From positions 192,001 through 256,000 of the forward strand of contig CM000429.1 of the NCBI GenBank assembly GCA_000165345.1: a stretch of DNA of 64,000 nucleotides, written 5' to 3'. Shown piece by piece: positions 22,605 to 33,205 of the stretch. Positions within the stretch are counted from its first letter, which is position 1. Each line of letters opens with the position of its first letter. The position numbers and the translations under genes are program-made. Under the pieces are notes generated by a model. It did no database searches, had not been told where the DNA came from, and saw only the letters and a program-made list of their open reading frames with translations.

Positions 22605-24899
22605 ATGGAACTGAGTAAAAGGTCGAACTGTTATGAAGCAGAATACACTGCTAACGAGTTAGCAATAGCAGCTCAAAGAAGAGATAAAAACACACTACAT
22701 AATATTATTCAACAATTAATAGAAACAGGGAATACTGGCATTTTGAATGAATCAAATGCGCTCCACTGGTCTGTATATTATAGATGGGATGATGTTTCCA
22801 TTCACTTATTGAGCTTAGGTTGTGATCCATTTATGGGAGATATTAATGGAGATACAACTGTGCATTACTGTATTAAATCTGGAAACTTTTCCATGCTAAA
22901 GTATTTATATGAAAAACATGGGAACAAAATTTTTTATGTTAAAAATAGGAACCAGTTTGGATTAATGCTCACTGCTGCATCAGAAGTGGCCGAAGGTAGA
23001 GTTCAAGACTTACTGAGAGTAATGGAATGGCTTTATCTTCAAGGATATTCTCTAGAAGAGCAGGATATTTTAGGACAAACTCCTATATTCTGGGCAACTA
23101 AAAGAGGAAATTACGGTATTATTCAGTGGCTAATAAGTCATGGAGCAAACATAGGACATAGAGATCATAAAGGGAATACATTGCTACATGCTGCGTGTTC
23201 AGGAGATGTTGATGATGAAACAGTTAGCTTTTTGTGCGATTTAGGTCTAATTCATCTAATATCCCATTCAAATTACGAAAATCCGGCTGTTGGCAATACT
23301 GCTTTCCAGATTTGCTGGACTAGGAAAAATTATTGGTTGGCATTAATGCTTAATTTTTGGTATTATCATAATAAATTATTTGGAAGGATTTCCCTACTTA
23401 GAAACCCATATGCTGTATACTACTGGTTTATTTCTATTCTGAATTTATTGGTAGTTTTTATTATGGTCAGCACCCTCAAATCATATAGAGAATACTTGGA
23501 TGGAATTTACCTGGGTTATTTCTATACTTGGATGATTTTATTTGCAGCAGCTCAACTATTTTGGGTGTTATCAAATATTGGAAATGATAATTATGTTAAA
23601 CATCCGATCTATCAAAAAATAATCCCCAAACTTCCACGCGATAAATTACTTTTATTAGAGTCACATGGACTTTACTTACCTTTGCTAACTCCACAAGCTA
23701 ATAAGCTGGGAAAGAATTCCAGTATTTATCAGTTAATGCTTAAGGAAAATGAACAGATTCAGCTTAATAATCAACTTATTGACATGAACAAACTCTTATT
23801 TAATGGCGATCATTTTAACATTAGCAAGTATAGAGAAAAATATAATAATCACATTAGTAGACAAATTGAACTTTCCAATGAAATTATTGGGCTGATGCCT
23901 TTTGTTGCAAAGGAAAGGCAATCTAATAATTCAAAGATTTATATTGATATTGTTGAAGGAAAACCAATAAATTCGACTGCTCCAGTTTTACCAAAAATAT
24001 GTGTTACTTGCAGAACAGAAAGGCCATTTAGAGGACATCATTGTTCAGATTGCGGATATTGTATACAAAGATTTGACCATCATTGCGTATGGATTGATTC
24101 TTGTGTTGGCTATGGGAATCAAAGAGCATTCTTCTTCTTCCTAAAGTTTCTCACAATCTCATTCTTCCTCTACTACTACTTGTTCCAACAATATTGCTCT
24201 TTCAGATTCAAGTTTTCAGCATCTCTCAAGAAGATTTCATCCACTGATTCGAATAATAACTGGTTTACAATGCAGACTGGAGATCTTTTCCTTGGAGTTG
24301 GTGACACTGAGGGTATTTATTTCCACGAAAAAGCCTATTATTTCATGACATCTGATCCTTGGTTCGCTTTAATAATGTTCAACAGCATTATGAATATCCC
24401 ATGGATGATTTTCGTATTGTATCTATTTATCAGACATGTTAAATCAATCATGTCTAACGTGACATTTTATGAGTATTATAAGAAACCTGAAGCAATTAAG
24501 AAGAGATTTGCTGGACGTAATACAGAAGGATTTTGTTATGACATGCAGGGGAGGACATTTTCCACTTGTATTCGAAGTGCTTTTGCTTACTTTACCAAGA
24601 ATAACTCCTGGGATAATTTGGATTTCTTTACTCATATTAGAGAGCCTGAAAAGATTCTTGGTAATACTACAATGCCTATTCATATTGAAAGCAACGCTCC
24701 ATATCAGAGTTTATCTCAAGTTCCTCCAAGTAATGATATTACGTTTATTAACGAGAATGGAGATCCTATACCAAATATATTTCCTTCTCACGTTTCCACA
24801 AGCCACCCATACTATCATTCCCAATTTAACTTCCCATCAAACTCATCATCAACTTTTTATCAAGTTAATCCATATGCTGGCAACCATATGTATAATTAA
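22605..24899 (+). CDS. Ankyrin-repeat DHHC-type palmitoyltransferase (Akr1/zDHHC17-like).
   Basis: The N-terminal ~250 aa contain ankyrin repeats (GDTTVHYCIKSGN, GQTPIFWATKRGN, GNTLLHAACSG). Multi-TM segments follow. The DHHC-CRD is CVTCRTERPFRGHHCSDCGYCIQRFDHHCVWIDSCVGYGN. Confidence 0.85.
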   Translation: MELSKRSNCYEAEYTANELAIAAQRRDKNTLHNIIQQLIETGNTGILNESNALHWSVYYRWDDVSIHLLSLGCDPFMGDINGDTTVHYCIKSGNFSMLKYLYEKHGNKIFYVKNRNQFGLMLTAASEVAEGRVQDLLRVMEWLYLQGYSLEEQDILGQTPIFWATKRGNYGIIQWLISHGANIGHRDHKGNTLLHAACSGDVDDETVSFLCDLGLIHLISHSNYENPAVGNTAFQICWTRKNYWLALMLNFWYYHNKLFGRISLLRNPYAVYYWFISILNLLVVFIMVSTLKSYREYLDGIYLGYFYTWMILFAAAQLFWVLSNIGNDNYVKHPIYQKIIPKLPRDKLLLLESHGLYLPLLTPQANKLGKNSSIYQLMLKENEQIQLNNQLIDMNKLLFNGDHFNISKYREKYNNHISRQIELSNEIIGLMPFVAKERQSNNSKIYIDIVEGKPINSTAPVLPKICVTCRTERPFRGHHCSDCGYCIQRFDHHCVWIDSCVGYGNQRAFFFFLKFLTISFFLYYYLFQQYCSFRFKFSASLKKISSTDSNNNWFTMQTGDLFLGVGDTEGIYFHEKAYYFMTSDPWFALIMFNSIMNIPWMIFVLYLFIRHVKSIMSNVTFYEYYKKPEAIKKRFAGRNTEGFCYDMQGRTFSTCIRSAFAYFTKNNSWDNLDFFTHIREPEKILGNTTMPIHIESNAPYQSLSQVPPSNDITFINENGDPIPNIFPSHVSTSHPYYHSQFNFPSNSSSTFYQVNPYAGNHMYN

Positions 24900-25233
24900 A
24901 CAAAAAATCTCAATTACTAAAATTCAACTTGGATATAAGACAGGTAAATCTTAATATTGTTTTCACCTTCTAAATTCCAGCATTCAATAATCTCGTCAAT
25001 TTATTCTGAATTCAAATATTCACATTTTTTTTGCATGCTTTCTATAATTTAATTCCGGTTGCCTTGCAAAGTTCCAAAGTTTTGGCGGGATATTCAAAGT
25101 CAATTTTTACAAGTGAAATTAGTTCTACGAGGAGAAAATATAAATACTATTAAGGAAAAATATTACTCTGAAATAAAGGATCACTGTTGAGCACTGAGAT
25201 ATGAAAGTGGAGAGTTAGGGGACTAAGGCTAAG

Positions 25234-28218
25234 ATGACAAAAAAGAGACAGGCTAGTCAATCGAATAATGAAGCCAAATTAGTAGAAAGTGATACGGATT
25301 TGGGGTCAATATACTCAATTAGCAATTTCGACAGTATTCTATTGGCTTGGGATTTTTTTAAAGATATTAAGGAGGAAGTTTTTGGGGTGGAAAGGCCAGA
25401 TGTCGTTAATTCATTTGATATTTCTGGAGAAACTTGTCAAGTTAGAGATAACCCAACAAGATTTGCTACTTCCAAGGAGTATTTGGATTATTTTTTCCCA
25501 CTCTTTTTGTTGGAATGCCAACAATCTATTCAGAGAGCTAAACAAATAGAGATGAGTGACTTTGACACTTTTTCACTCAAGGATATTAGAGCTAATAATT
25601 CAAATAAATTGGAAGAGTCGAACTTTCTAACCTTGGTATTTGAAAGAAGGAGGGCTGATGAATTAATATACTTTTCTCCACAAGATTTAGTACTGATCAT
25701 ATTTGACCCTGAGTTTAAGTCGGAGGAATTTGATGATAATTTAAAGCACGTAATAGGGGTAGTTCAAGGTTCAAATTCAAATGGGAGAGTGACTATCACA
25801 GTCTTAAATCCTAATTATTATGTTGATGATAAAACAATGAAAAGAAAGATAGCATCTTTTACTAGTCAAGATCGGTTGGTTTCGAGAATGAAATCTTTCA
25901 GTGATTCATTGGGAAATAAGGAGTTTGGACAAGATACTTCCAATGCTTTGTCACAAAGCTCCTCTCAAGCTTGGTATTTATCAAGAATAACCTCATTTTC
26001 GACCAACTATAGGGAGCTTAGCGGCTTATTTTCACTTCCGGATCTTTTATTAAAAGATGAACTTTTGTGCAGAGGCCTAACTTGTGAGCACACTATGAAA
26101 ATTCCCACTTTATTGCAGGAAAAGTTGAAAGAAAAATATAATCCTTCTCAAATGAGCGCATTAAGCGAGTGTCTTAAATATAGTGGAATAAGCCTTATTC
26201 AAGGCCCACCTGGGACTGGTAAAACTACCACAATTATTGGAATCATTAGCGCCCTCTTGTCATCAACATTTGAAGTTAAGAATGCTTCAGAAGACAGTAG
26301 CGATGAAGAGAATATTGAAACTAAGAAAAGGAAATCTAATGAAGAAAATATCTCAGAAATGTATGCACCAATTCTTAGAGCTAAACCCTGGTGTTACGAT
26401 CCAGACTACGTACCTTGGTATGACTCAGAAATGAAAAATCTCAGGATTTTCAGGCATAACAAAGTTGAAATTAAAAAAGTAACTTTGGACACAAGTAGTA
26501 GAAAAATGGGGCCTCGAAAATTACTTGTTTGCGCTCCTTCTAATGCTGCTATTGACGCCATTGTTAGAAAACTAGTCAGGAACCCTATAACTGGAGAAGG
26601 TGGTATATTAGACAATACCGGTGAATATTATTCCCCCACATTAGTTAGGGCGGGACCAAATTTTCACCCAGATTTGCATGACTTAAGTTTAGAGTACAAG
26701 TTACAACAAAGACTACAAAGAAATGGATTTGATGCAAAGAATTGTAAACAAGAAATACGTCAGCAAACTCAGTGGAAGATTTTACAAGAGTCACAAATTG
26801 TTTGTGCAACTCTCTCAGTATGTGGGAGCAAGGAGCTAATTTCAATACTAAGTCAGAATGGCAGAATGCAGGCCGCGGGAAGTGGTGACAGGACCGCATT
26901 GTCATTTGATACTGTTATAATTGATGAAGCTTCTCAAGGCGTTGAGTTATCTACTTTGATTCCATTGAAGCTTGGATGTAAGAGGCTGATTTTAGTTGGG
27001 GATCCAAAACAGCTTCCAGCAACAGTACTTTCGAGACGAGCAATAGAACGAAAATATGACATTTCTCTTTTCCAGAGACTTCAAATGAGTGGACAACAGG
27101 TAGTAATGTTGAGTGTTCAGTATAGAATGCACCCACAGATTTCTGCTTTCCCCTCGAAGCATTTTTACGACGGAGAATTACATGATTATAAGGATATACT
27201 CAAAACAAGAGCTCCTGTTGTAACTTGGCAAGATATCCCAATTTTTAAACCTTTCACTTTCTTTTCAGTGAATTCAGAAGAGGAGCAGGGAAAATCGATT
27301 TCAAATCTACTAGAAGCAGACTTTGTTTGCCAAATTTTGGAGCTTCTAGGGCTTATTCTTTATGAACATCAAAAGAAATTAACAGAAAATACAGACTTGG
27401 GAGAACCCAGTAAAAGATGGTATGAAAGGATTGCAGTCATTTCTCCATATAATGAACAAGTTAAAATTATAAGGAAGAAAATCAAAGAGAAGTTTGGACT
27501 AAGTCCTGAAACTATTTGTCCTATTGATGTTTCAACTGTTGATGGTTTTCAAGGTCAAGAAAAAGATTTTATAATATTTTCAGTTGTAAGATCTCAGTAT
27601 ATAGAAGAAGATTCTCTGAATAACGCTGATAATAGGAAGACAAATGCAGGGTTTATTGCAGACAGGAGGCGTATAAATGTTGCTTTAACAAGAGCAAAAT
27701 ATAACTTATGGATTGTAGGTAATAGTAGATATCTTCTTGGAAATCCAGAATGGCGTAGTCTTTGGGATTATTCTTGTAAGAACAATTCTCAATTTTCTGT
27801 TGACTTTAAGAGGATTGGTTCAACAGAAAATTATTTGAAACTTTGGTTATATGGGTTTCTACAACGTAAGGAATCTTGTAGAAATGCTCTTCGACAAGAG
27901 GTTCCTGAATTTGTTCAAAATCTTACATTGGATTGTTCAGTACTTGAGAAGAATAAGGATACTTTAAATTCAGTCACGGAAATTAAGGCAAAAGTGGATT
28001 CATCATTCTTTGTTGACCTTAAAGAAGATAGCCAAGGCTATGAATCCAAGAATAAAAGAGGTTCTAAAGTTTTCCAGACTGAATCAAAGCCTATTGAAAT
28101 TGAGGAAAACGGAGTAATTCGTAAATTCAGAAATCTAGACCTTGATCTTTTCTGTGATATTAATGAGTATGAATCCAGTAAAAATAAAGATCTTGAGTCA
28201 GAAAATGCTGCTGAGTAA
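25234..28218 (+). CDS. Superfamily-1B RNA/DNA helicase of the UPF1/SEN1/DNA2-like family. It has no UPF1 CH zinc-knuckle domain.
   Basis: Walker A GPPGTGKT, motif II DEASQ, VGDPKQLPATV, QYRMHPQISAFPSKHFY, DGFQGQEKDFIIFSVVRS, RRINVALTRAK. Confidence 0.85.
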   Translation: MTKKRQASQSNNEAKLVESDTDLGSIYSISNFDSILLAWDFFKDIKEEVFGVERPDVVNSFDISGETCQVRDNPTRFATSKEYLDYFFPLFLLECQQSIQRAKQIEMSDFDTFSLKDIRANNSNKLEESNFLTLVFERRRADELIYFSPQDLVLIIFDPEFKSEEFDDNLKHVIGVVQGSNSNGRVTITVLNPNYYVDDKTMKRKIASFTSQDRLVSRMKSFSDSLGNKEFGQDTSNALSQSSSQAWYLSRITSFSTNYRELSGLFSLPDLLLKDELLCRGLTCEHTMKIPTLLQEKLKEKYNPSQMSALSECLKYSGISLIQGPPGTGKTTTIIGIISALLSSTFEVKNASEDSSDEENIETKKRKSNEENISEMYAPILRAKPWCYDPDYVPWYDSEMKNLRIFRHNKVEIKKVTLDTSSRKMGPRKLLVCAPSNAAIDAIVRKLVRNPITGEGGILDNTGEYYSPTLVRAGPNFHPDLHDLSLEYKLQQRLQRNGFDAKNCKQEIRQQTQWKILQESQIVCATLSVCGSKELISILSQNGRMQAAGSGDRTALSFDTVIIDEASQGVELSTLIPLKLGCKRLILVGDPKQLPATVLSRRAIERKYDISLFQRLQMSGQQVVMLSVQYRMHPQISAFPSKHFYDGELHDYKDILKTRAPVVTWQDIPIFKPFTFFSVNSEEEQGKSISNLLEADFVCQILELLGLILYEHQKKLTENTDLGEPSKRWYERIAVISPYNEQVKIIRKKIKEKFGLSPETICPIDVSTVDGFQGQEKDFIIFSVVRSQYIEEDSLNNADNRKTNAGFIADRRRINVALTRAKYNLWIVGNSRYLLGNPEWRSLWDYSCKNNSQFSVDFKRIGSTENYLKLWLYGFLQRKESCRNALRQEVPEFVQNLTLDCSVLEKNKDTLNSVTEIKAKVDSSFFVDLKEDSQGYESKNKRGSKVFQTESKPIEIEENGVIRKFRNLDLDLFCDINEYESSKNKDLESENAAE

Positions 28219-28544
28219 CTCAGTTGCTTTGTAATTAGATTCTCCATTATTTACTATATACCAATCTCTTCTTTGATTTAAATAACGCAAATAATATAAT
28301 TCTAATTTAGTTTTTATATTAAATTCTATTATACTAGTTTTAGTTATTGCAATTTTTCTTATCCACTTTTTTTCTCATTTCAATTTTCTCCTATACCGGT
28401 ATTTCCATATATTCATATTGTAATCACATGCTTATGTGGACAAATTAATTATTAACATTTTCCGCATGCAAATACCGGTCAACCATAATTTATGGGAATG
28501 TTATGAAAAGGAAAAAAGTTTTTTTTTTATTATTAAATGTAAAG

Positions 28545-29453
28545 TTAGTCATCATCTGGAAGTCCAAAGTTATTATTGATTTCTTTTTCAGAAATTCCAG
28601 GCATTTTTTTTTTGATCCATTGTCTTAGACTACAGACATTATCTTCCCAAATAGATAATTCTTGGTTAGTATTTGATAAATTTTCATTCAGGATTTTAGG
28701 ATTATCTTTGATTATAATGTTGATATTATCTAACCTAATAACAAGTTCTTTCTGTTCTTTCAGAATTTGATCTAATTCTTGACTTTTTTTTTCTCTGATT
28801 TGATGCTCAGGAGAATCAGTTTCTTTAGAATCTTTGATCATTTTTTCAAGTGATTTAATTTGTTCTTTGGAATCTTGGATTGAATTTCTGTTTCAATATA
28901 ATAAGATAAAATTCAAGTATAAGTGAGTTATATATGTTTAATAACGTAAGTATACAATGATAAAAATATTAATAAGAATTTGAGATATTCTAATTTTTGT
29001 GATTAAACTTACTTTAAATATTCCAACCTGTTTTCTTTGCTAAATTTAGCAGCACTAGGAAGAGCCCAAAAAATATTAAGAGATCCAATTTTGTCACTTA
29101 CAACCAAAGAATCGTCTACAAGACTTTGCAAAACGTCTTTGACAGTTTGTTCAATTATTCCACATTTCTTTCCTAATTTTTCTATTTCTTTTAAATTAAA
29201 ACATTCTTTCTATAATGAAATTATTAAAGGAAATAAATATTTGTAATTCAAAAATTATATTCACTTTTTATTGCTTTTCTCAATAATTTTCAAACTGATA
29301 AAACTTACTTTTTCGTATAGAGAGTTCAATAATCTAATGAATTGTTCGGAAAATAGAAATTTTAGTTACATAATTTTTACAAATTCTTTCATTTAAACAA
29401 TCATAAGCTTACCTTGAACGTTTCTCTTCCATAGAAACTCCTCTTTTAGACAT
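28545..29453 (-). CDS. MND1: Meiotic nuclear division protein 1 (MND1) homolog. It has 4 exons: complement join(29413..29453, 29309..29333, 29013..29209, 28545..28887), 201 aa.
   Basis: The hand-spliced product is MSKRGVSMEEKRSR-LLNSLYEK-KECFNLKEIEKL...VKDVLQSLVDDSLVVSDKIGSLNIFWALPSAAKF...WEDNVCSLRQWIKKK...FGLPDDD. It is collinear with human MND1 as I remember it (MSKKKGLSAEEKRTRMMEIF...VKEVLQSLVDDGMV...YYWAFPSKA...RWTDNIFAIKSWAKRKFG...GIPEDFDYID). All three introns are GTAAGY...YAG (79, 99, 125 nt) and all phases are consistent. The ORF track shows only the last exon (28545..28841). Confidence 0.75.
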
Positions 29454-29722
29454 TTTTTTTTATTATAAATATCAATTCCAGTAATCTCCTTATAAACTCA
29501 ATAAATAAATTTTTATTTTTTTTTGAATATATTATAATTTATTCAACACAAATTCGGAAAAAAATGACGTAATATATTTGCATGCATGCAATTATACCGG
29601 TATGGTATTTTCATCATACATGCAGAGTTTAAGGTGGAGGCAAAGGGAAAAAAGAAAATAGTTGTAAAATATCAAATAAAATTAATATATACTTTTAAAG
29701 AAGAATTCTAAAGTTTTATTTA

Positions 29723-30182
29723 TTAGTTACTTTTATTAGCTTGCCTTTTTTCAAATTCTTGTAATTCGTGGTGCAGTTGTTTAATAAACTCATCATCCAC
29801 ATCCTCGTCATCCCAACCTAAAATAAAAAAAAAATAAATATATATAAATAAAATTTGTTCATGTTTATCATTAAAATGATAATTCAAATAAGGAGTAATC
29901 TTACCTGTTGCATCCCAGTTTTCATCCCATTCTCCAACATCAGGATCAATCTGGGTCTCAATATTGTCTAATTTGGGGTTAGTATAATTCTATAAGAACT
30001 TAATGGAGGACTATGAAAGATGATATGAATAATTCTTCCCTTATTATTTGATCATATATCTTTTTCCGTCCACAAATTAAAGAAAATTACTTACCTAAAT
30101 CATCGAACTCCTCAAGTTCATCATCTATTTCATCAATAAATGAGTTAATGTTATCATTTCCAGTTTCCTCATTGGATGCCAT
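29723..30182 (-). CDS. DSS1: DSS1/SEM1 (26S proteasome / BRCA2-associated small acidic protein) homolog. It has 3 exons: complement join(30095..30182, 29905..29967, 29723..29817), 81 aa.
   Basis: The spliced product is MASNEETGNDNINSFIDEIDDELEEFDDL-DNIETQIDPDVGEWDENWDAT-GWDDEDVDDEFIKQLHHELQEFEKRQANKSN. It has the conserved acidic W-rich core (WDENWD...WDDEDVDDEF) of DSS1 (human, as I remember it: ...EEDDEFEEF...[24 protein letters not shown]). The introns are GTAAGT...TTAG (127 nt) and GTAAGA...TTTTAG (87 nt). Both junctions are phase 1 and consistent. It is absent from the ORF track. Confidence 0.75.
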
Positions 30183-30620
30183 CTTGACAAGTTTACTATC
30201 TTTCAATCAAATATGTTTATATTTATATATATATATTCCTGTAAAGATATCTTCTATTAATATAATAATATTATTATTTTATTATTGTAGCAAAAATTTA
30301 TTCCAGAGGGGAACTCAACGCAAAAATTTTATCCTCAAATATATTAGGGATAAAATTCAAGCATTATTTTAATATGTACAAGTGTGGTGTAATGTTAAAA
30401 ACTATTTTTGCCGTCTAAAAAATAAAGAGATTAAAGATGGACAATACAAGATTTGAGAGAAATTCAGAGGTAAACATTTTAAAAACTAACAAAATTTGCA
30501 TAAAATAAACAAAAGAGTGAATAGTTCTGCATGCCATATTAAACAATTATTTTATAACTATTGATCAAATTTCTTTTGCCCTCCATTTCCCCCCACAAAG
30601 CCTAGAAGCAAAACCACGAG

Positions 30621-30648
30621 CACCCGCCAAAAAGTAGGCGCCAAAAAC
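30621..30648. promoter_or_regulatory. Two adjacent E2F-like sites (CACCCGCCAAAAAG and TAGGCGCCAAAAAC) in the divergent spacer between DSS1 (-) and RPS19 (+).
   Basis: Seen in the sequence: cacccgccaaaaagtaggcgccaaaaacg. Confidence 0.4.
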
Positions 30649-30979
30649 GAGACAAATATATGTTTGACATTTAAAAGTAGAGGCAATGTAAAGAAGGTAT
30701 TAAGTTTTAAATTAATGAATAGATGAAAGCAAGCATATGTTTGTTTAACTACGTGTCTCTTTGAATAATTAATAAAGAATAATACATTTTATAGTTGAAA
30801 GTCAAGTAATTATTAGATAATTCCCAAAGAATAGGTTTATACGGGAAAACGGCAAAAAAAAAAAAGAATTCCAAATCGGGTTTTAATAAACACCATTAAT
30901 AATAATTGGAATATTACATTCAAAGTGAGACTTTGAAGAGCAAGAAGCTTGATATTACTATATTTAGTGGTTTGAAAGG

Positions 30980-31432
30980 ATGACATTGTATGAAACAGCA
31001 GCTCCAAGAGTAATTAAAACAGCTAAGGATGTTCCAGCTGGAATCTTGATTGAAAAATTCGCTCAACAATTAAAGAAGGGTGGCAAGATGACAATGCCAG
31101 AATGGGTTGACCACGTTAAGACTGCTTCATCAAAGGAGTTACCACCACAAAACTCAGATTGGCTCTACATTCGTGCTGCTTCAATTTTGAGACACTTATA
31201 TGTCAGACCAAATGTTGGTGTTGGTGCTCTTTCTAAGTTCTATGGTAGAAAGCAGCGCAATGGGACAGCTAGAAACCACTCAGCTGTTGCTTCACGTGGA
31301 ATTATTCGTTACTGCTTAATTCAGCTCCAATCTCTTGGTTTAGTAGAATTCAATCCAAATACAGGTACCCGTAGACTTTCTCCACAGGGTCAACGCGAGC
31401 TTGACTCCATTGCTAGACAATGCAAAGCATAA
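30980..31432 (+). CDS. RPS19: 40S ribosomal protein S19e.
   Basis: A 150-aa ORF with the S19e hallmarks PEWVDHVKTASSKELPP, WLYIRAASILRHLY, GVGALSKFYGRKQRNG and LSPQGQRELD. Confidence 0.9.
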   Translation: MTLYETAAPRVIKTAKDVPAGILIEKFAQQLKKGGKMTMPEWVDHVKTASSKELPPQNSDWLYIRAASILRHLYVRPNVGVGALSKFYGRKQRNGTARNHSAVASRGIIRYCLIQLQSLGLVEFNPNTGTRRLSPQGQRELDSIARQCKA

Positions 31433-31670
31433 GCCTGAGGATCTTTTCCTTCTTGCACTTTAAAGAAGGTATGATCTTAAATATGAAATCTACTTTAAAT
31501 CTTATTAAGATAAACTTGTTGAGGTGAAATACCGTTATTTATCTTTCTAGTTTTATCGTATTTTATTATTAGCCATTAATTTTTAGTAAATCACGCAGTT
31601 TTTTTGTCTAATTACTCTATTAATCACGGTTGTAATTGCTGACTTTTGGGATGCAGAATATTTGAATGGA

Positions 31671-31790
31671 AGGAGGGGGATCTGAGTAGGGAAGGGTAAG
31701 GGGGAAAGGCTGGAGATGAGGGGAGGAGGCGGAGGTGAGATAAGAGGAAAAAAGGTAGGATATCAGGGGGAGAGGAGAAGATAAAATCGA
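31671..31790 (+). repeat. A ~120-nt purine/G-rich tract with multiple GGGG/GGAGG runs. It lies in the convergent spacer between RPS19 and UBL5.
   Basis: ggaaggagggggatctgagtagggaagggtaagggggaaaggctggagatgaggggaggaggcggaggtgagataagaggaaaaaaggtaggatatcagggggagaggagaag. It is strongly strand-asymmetric, almost pure purine. Confidence 0.6.
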
Positions 31791-31957
31791 GATTAATGTA
31801 TATACATATAATCTTAAAACAAACTTTCTGTGGTTCTAAGGTTAGTGGAATACCTAGTAAGAATCAAACAAAATCAAGAATTGTATGGTTCTTTAATATA
31901 GCTACTAAGAAATTCTCATTTACCCAATCTGCTTCTTACAGTAATAATCTCGTCAAA

Positions 31958-32317
31958 TCAATTATAATACAGTTCCAGACCCATTCCATCCTTGATTTCG
32001 TAGTCTTCCAAAGTAATATGATCTTTGTAAACATTGTACCATTTCTGAATTCTTATTTTGTCCCATCTTGTACCTAATAAAATTTCAATAAGAATTAATA
32101 TTTCATGTTAATATGTATAAAAATGATTCTAATATTGTAAGTTCCCAAATAAAAATTACCACATGAAAAAAATATAGGCAGAATCATTTTGCAATAACCA
32201 GTCAAACTCACCTGTAACTTCAGCAACAAGCTTTTTCAAATCTCCAATTGTATCATCTGGGTTACACTTGACCCGAATCTTCTTCCCCAGCCGATCATTT
32301 AAAACAACCTCGATCAT
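31958..32317 (-). CDS. UBL5: Ubiquitin-like protein 5 (UBL5/Hub1) homolog. It has 2 exons: complement join(32212..32317, 31958..32073), 73 aa.
   Basis: The spliced product is [73 protein letters not shown]. Against human UBL5 as I remember it ([73 protein letters not shown]), most positions are identical. The intron is 138 nt (GTGAGT...TTATTAG) and the junction is phase 1. It is absent from the ORF track. Confidence 0.82.
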
Positions 32318-32572
32318 TAAAGAAAATCAGCTGAAAGTGGAAGAAGAATAGCTTTTTTTTCCCCTCCACTCAAAAAATAATTTTATCATTATTACGTGTC
32401 TCCTGCAAATCGCCTATACCGGCATTCATGCAGAAATCTTTGCACATGCAAAAAAAAAAAGTTGCACATGTGGACAACAAAACACAAAAATATAATTATT
32501 GGGGCTCGCCCATCATAATCTACGATAAACTAGTAATCTTAAAGAAATTTTCATTTTTATTTCTTAAAAAGA

Positions 32573-33205
32573 TTACAATTCCAGTTTGGCAGAAGGAGCA
32601 GTACCAGAGTAATGAGAACAGGCAGTGACCTCAATACGCTTTGAAGTTCTTCCAGAGTAAGAACCAAGCTGCTCAATCTTAGTGAGTGTGAGCTTACTCT
32701 CATCATCAACCAATTTTCCAAAAACTACGTGTCTTCCATCAAGATGAGGAGTGGGGGTGAAAGTGATGAAGAATTGGGATCCATTGGTATTAGGACCTCT
32801 ATTAGCCATTGAGACTACATGAGATTCATGAACAAACTTAAAGTTTTCATCCTCAAAAGAATCACCATATATGCTTTTTCCACCAGTTCCATTACCATTA
32901 GTGAAATCACCACCTTGAGCCATGAAACCTGGAATAACTCTATGGAAAATACTTCCAATATAACTCATTTCTTTACCATCTTTATCCTTCATTCCACCAA
33001 CACAAAGGGAGTAGAAGTTATTGGCAGTCTTTGGCACTTCTACACCAAAAAGACCAATTCTCAACTTGCTCTCTTCCTTATCAATGGAGACCGTGAGCTC
33101 AACAACTACTGAAGGGGTTACTGTACTTGGACGAACACCTTTCTCTGCAAAAACCGAGACAATTAGCCCAAGTAATAGTGAAATAAAAGCAAAGATAAAT
33201 CTCAT
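32573..33205 (-). CDS. Cyclophilin-type peptidyl-prolyl cis-trans isomerase with an N-terminal signal peptide (ER/secreted cyclophilin-B-like).
   Basis: The signal peptide is [20 protein letters not shown]. The cyclophilin core contains [27 protein letters not shown] and [20 protein letters not shown]. Confidence 0.9.
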   Translation of the reverse strand: MRFIFAFISLLLGLIVSVFAEKGVRPSTVTPSVVVELTVSIDKEESKLRIGLFGVEVPKTANNFYSLCVGGMKDKDGKEMSYIGSIFHRVIPGFMAQGGDFTNGNGTGGKSIYGDSFEDENFKFVHESHVVSMANRGPNTNGSQFFITFTPTPHLDGRHVVFGKLVDDESKLTLTKIEQLGSYSGRTSKRIEVTACSHYSGTAPSAKLEL

